Origin: Calditrichaceae bacterium
GTDB lineage: Bacteria; Calditrichota; Calditrichia; Calditrichales; JBFXGD01
Assembly (NCBI GenBank): GCA_050178385.1
Contig: JBFXGD010000006.1
Coordinates: 1 to 48,216, forward strand
Reading direction: 5' to 3'
Length of the DNA: 48,216 bases
In this document: piece by piece, positions 45,814-48,216 of the stretch
How the letters are laid out: every line of letters begins with the position of its first letter
Position numbering within the stretch: the stretch's first letter is position 1
Translations under genes and position numbers: made by a program
Notes under the pieces: model-generated
The model's input: only the letters and a program-made list of their open reading frames with translations
Told to the model about the DNA's origin: nothing
Databases searched by the model: none

Positions 45814-47316
45814 ATGTTAGCCAAATACAACGATTTTATTACAAAATTATCGATTAATATATATGGAAAGGCAGGCGTCGTCTTAACGACGTCTTCTTTT
45901 ATTACTTTCATCATTCTTGAGATTGCCCGTTTGGCGGGCGCGTTGACGAATTCGTATATCGGTCTGATCACTTATCTCTCACTTCCGACCCTGTTCGTCA
46001 TCGGTCTGGTTTTAATTCCAATCGGCTGGTATAAACAGAAGAAAGAATCCGGGAAACGCACCCGTGAACTTCTGAAGGAACGGTTTGATCCAAAGGATGT
46101 AAAGGAAAGCTTTTTCGGCTCGAAACTATTTTTGGGCATCTCTGTTCTGACACTCGCCAATGTCCTTTTCCTTGTCATCGCGAGCAGTCAGATGCTTCAT
46201 TTTATGGATGAACCGAAATTCTGCGGAACGGCTTGTCACAGTGTGATGAATCCTGAATGGGTCACGTACCAGCAGTCACCGCACGCCAGAGTTAAATGTG
46301 TGGAATGTCATGTGGGTGAGGGCGTTGACGCTCTCGTGGCCAGCAAACTAAACGGCGCCTATCAGATGATTTCCGTGACATTTGATTTACTCGAACGTCC
46401 CATTCCTACACCGGTGCATCAGCTGCGTCCGGCGCGTGAGACTTGCGAAAAGTGTCACTGGCCTGAAAAATTTTATGGCAATAAGCTTAAAACCATCGTC
46501 CACTATGAAAGAGATGAGGTATCAACTCCACTCTACACGACTCTTAACCTAAAAATTGATGACGGCAAAGGCAGAGAGCGAGCCGGCATTCACTGGCATA
46601 TTTCAAAAGAAAATGAAGTCAGATACGCCTCTGTTGACGATAAGCGCGAAGAAATGATTTGGGTGGAAGTGCGAAAACCTGACGGCAGCTATAAACGCTA
46701 TACTAATCAGCGCATTAAGAATGAAGCTGCAACTGTCGCCCCGGAAGATACCAGAATCATGGATTGCGTTGACTGTCATAACCGCGCCACCCATATTTAT
46801 GAAGATCCGGAAAATGCTCTTGATGAACGCATTTATAAGGGGCTTATCAACCGGACTCTTCCATACATAAAGAGAGAGGGTTTGAGCGCACTGACAAAGG
46901 ATTATCCTACAAAAAATGCCGGGATGGAAGCAATCGCCACTCATTTACGGGGATACTATCAATGGAATCATCCACAGCTAGCCTCTCAAAAAATGACAGA
47001 GATTGATTCCGCAATAACCGTTCTTCAGAGTATTTACGACAGAAATATTCACCAGGGAATGAATATCTCATGGGGAAGCTACCCTAATCATATCGGACAT
47101 CAGGATGGCGGTGGGTGTTTCCGGTGCCATAACTCGAACATGATCGCCGATGACGAGACAAGGATATCACAGGATTGCACAAAATGTCATTCGATTCTTT
47201 CAGATGGTGAAAACGAACCATTTAAATACTTGAAACCGGTCGATGAAAAAGACCGGGATTCTCAGATGCACCAGTATCTACAAGAAGAATTTTTAAATTC
47301 ATTTCAAAACAATTAG
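45814..47316 (+). CDS. NapC/NirT-family membrane-bound multiheme cytochrome c (6 hemes)
   Basis: Three N-terminal TMs; FCGTACHSVM (CX3CH), CVECH, CEKCH, CVDCH, CFRCH and CTKCH; starts 9 nt after the HAO-family stop. Confidence 0.9.
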   Translation: MLAKYNDFITKLSINIYGKAGVVLTTSSFITFIILEIARLAGALTNSYIGLITYLSLPTLFVIGLVLIPIGWYKQKKESGKRTRELLKERFDPKDVKESFFGSKLFLGISVLTLANVLFLVIASSQMLHFMDEPKFCGTACHSVMNPEWVTYQQSPHARVKCVECHVGEGVDALVASKLNGAYQMISVTFDLLERPIPTPVHQLRPARETCEKCHWPEKFYGNKLKTIVHYERDEVSTPLYTTLNLKIDDGKGRERAGIHWHISKENEVRYASVDDKREEMIWVEVRKPDGSYKRYTNQRIKNEAATVAPEDTRIMDCVDCHNRATHIYEDPENALDERIYKGLINRTLPYIKREGLSALTKDYPTKNAGMEAIATHLRGYYQWNHPQLASQKMTEIDSAITVLQSIYDRNIHQGMNISWGSYPNHIGHQDGGGCFRCHNSNMIADDETRISQDCTKCHSILSDGENEPFKYLKPVDEKDRDSQMHQYLQEEFLNSFQNN

Positions 47317-47324
47317 AAAATTTT

Positions 47325-47365
47325 AATAAAAATGGCGCCGGTTTGAAGGCGCCATTTTTATTTTT
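47325..47365 (+). terminator. Intrinsic terminator after the HAO/NapC pair
   Basis: AATAAAAATGGCGCC-N8-GGCGCCATTTTTATT. Confidence 0.85.
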
Positions 47366-47654
47366 AATATCATCTCTTCATAAGACTGTCTTTCTTTTTC
47401 CCCGGACAAAACTTCCCCATGCAATAAAATATTAAATTTATTTTAGCCGGATTATAATTATATAAAAATCGTATCCCCGTAAACCGCATCCTGATGGGCA
47501 TTCGTACAAATTTTATAAAATTCTGTAGTTTTTCATCAAACTTTTTTCGCGAAACCGAGTTAAAGAATAGAAATAAAAGAATAATATGCAATACGTTTAT
47601 GTTAAAACATATGTATCATCCAATCAGTAACCCTTTATTCCAAAAGGAGGAATT

Positions 47655-47858
47655 ATGGCAAGAATTTTCCGGGATACCAGATCCGATAAAAAGCAGCTTT
47701 TTCGCTCTTTATTGCGAAAGGGTCATGCGAAAAGTTCAAACCGTAGTGATATATGGAACAATATTCATTTTAAGTCCATTATCACCATTGGAAGAGGCGG
47801 TAAAGGCCACGGCATGACACAGGGAATTCATTCCTGGAACCGGAAAGGACGCTGGTAG
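47655..47858 (+). CDS. Small, highly basic hypothetical protein (67 aa)
   Basis: AAGGAGG at 47644-47650 just before the ATG; terminator 23 nt after the stop; fills an otherwise empty gap. Confidence 0.7.
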   Translation: MARIFRDTRSDKKQLFRSLLRKGHAKSSNRSDIWNNIHFKSIITIGRGGKGHGMTQGIHSWNRKGRW

Positions 47859-47881
47859 ATTTGATTATTTGATTTTTTAAT

Positions 47882-47918
47882 AAAAAAGCCTTCTGAAAAA
47901 ATTCAGAAGGCTTTTTTT
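47882..47918. terminator. Bidirectional intrinsic terminator
   Basis: AAAAAAGCCTTCTGAA-AAAA-TTCAGAAGGCTTTTTTT between convergent ORFs. Confidence 0.88.
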
Positions 47919-47934
47919 ATTTGTCATAATTTAC

Positions 47935-48216
47935 TTATTTCATCAGAATAAGTTTCTTTGTTATCATTCTATCCGAAGTTTTTACCTTGTAAAAATATAA
48001 CCCGGAAGCAAAACCGGAGGCATTCCATTTCACCTGATGCGTCCCGGCCGTGACTTCATTGTCGAGCAAGGTAGCCACAAGTTTTCCGGTGATGTCAAAA
48101 ACGGTTATCTCCACGTGTCCGCGCCCCGCCGTACCAAACTCGATTGTGGTTTCCGGATTAAACGGGTTAGGATAGTTTTGTCCCACATAAAATGTTTCGG
48201 GAATTATTTGATTGTC
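47935..48216 (-). CDS. C-terminal fragment of a T9SS type A sorting (CTD) domain protein (partial)
   Basis: Frame is open to the window end: IPETFYVGQNYPNPFNPETTIEF...VFDITGKLVATL...ASGLYFYK...TKKLILMK. Confidence 0.92.
   Translation of the reverse strand, partial: DNQIIPETFYVGQNYPNPFNPETTIEFGTAGRGHVEITVFDITGKLVATLLDNEVTAGTHQVKWNASGFASGLYFYKVKTSDRMITKKLILMK

Noticed and set aside
47470..47510. AAACCGC...CTGATG segment resembling the 3' half of a fluoride riboswitch, upstream of the small basic ORF
   Set aside because: No matching 5' GGxGATG stem precedes it.
47370..47817. ORFs 47370-47591 (-) and 47494-47817 (+)
   Set aside because: No RBS, and composition is typical of translated AT-rich intergenic DNA. 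The 47655-47858 frame has much better signals.
1..48216. CRISPR arrays, tRNA/rRNA genes, IS elements, integrases, prophage or defence genes
   Set aside because: No regularly spaced nucleotide repeats, cloverleaf-like sequences or mobile-element proteins were seen by eye. A covariance-model search was not run.

Overview
A 48 kb, gene-dense chromosomal segment from a diderm bacterium. It is most likely an FCB-superphylum lineage outside Bacteroidia (Calditrichota/KSB1/Ignavibacteria-like). This is an inference from a T9SS SprA translocon and an NYPNPFNP sorting domain occurring together with GGAGG Shine-Dalgarno sites and TTGACA-type promoters. No rRNA, tRNA, CRISPR, prophage or transposase was recognised. 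From left to right: a minus-strand run (sprA, M28/glutaminyl-cyclase-like peptidase, prmA, ppx/gppA, partial lipoprotein); lptF-lptG-DUF5916-LiaF-like genes; an M48 protease; a TetR-controlled TolC/HlyD/two-permease exporter with no ATPase, followed by a small beta-barrel; a two-domain amidase; a 1622-aa fusion of acyl-CoA ligase, helical region, apparent pseudokinase and GNAT; a three-gene envelope operon behind an ECF-sigma-type promoter (POTRA-less Omp85, a protein with four ~136-aa repeats, DUF4097); an MFS transporter, prc and ogt; a respiratory island with 23 heme-c motifs (DUF2339-Rieske-cytochrome b-nonaheme c, divergent from an octaheme HAO-family protein plus a NapC/NirT-family hexaheme); a stand-alone very basic 67-aa ORF; and the C-terminal end of a T9SS cargo protein. 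The best candidates for undescribed biology are the ligase-pseudokinase-GNAT fusion, the Omp85/repeat-protein operon, the HAO-like/Rieske-cytochrome b island and the small basic protein. All product calls come from reading motifs by eye; no database search was run.
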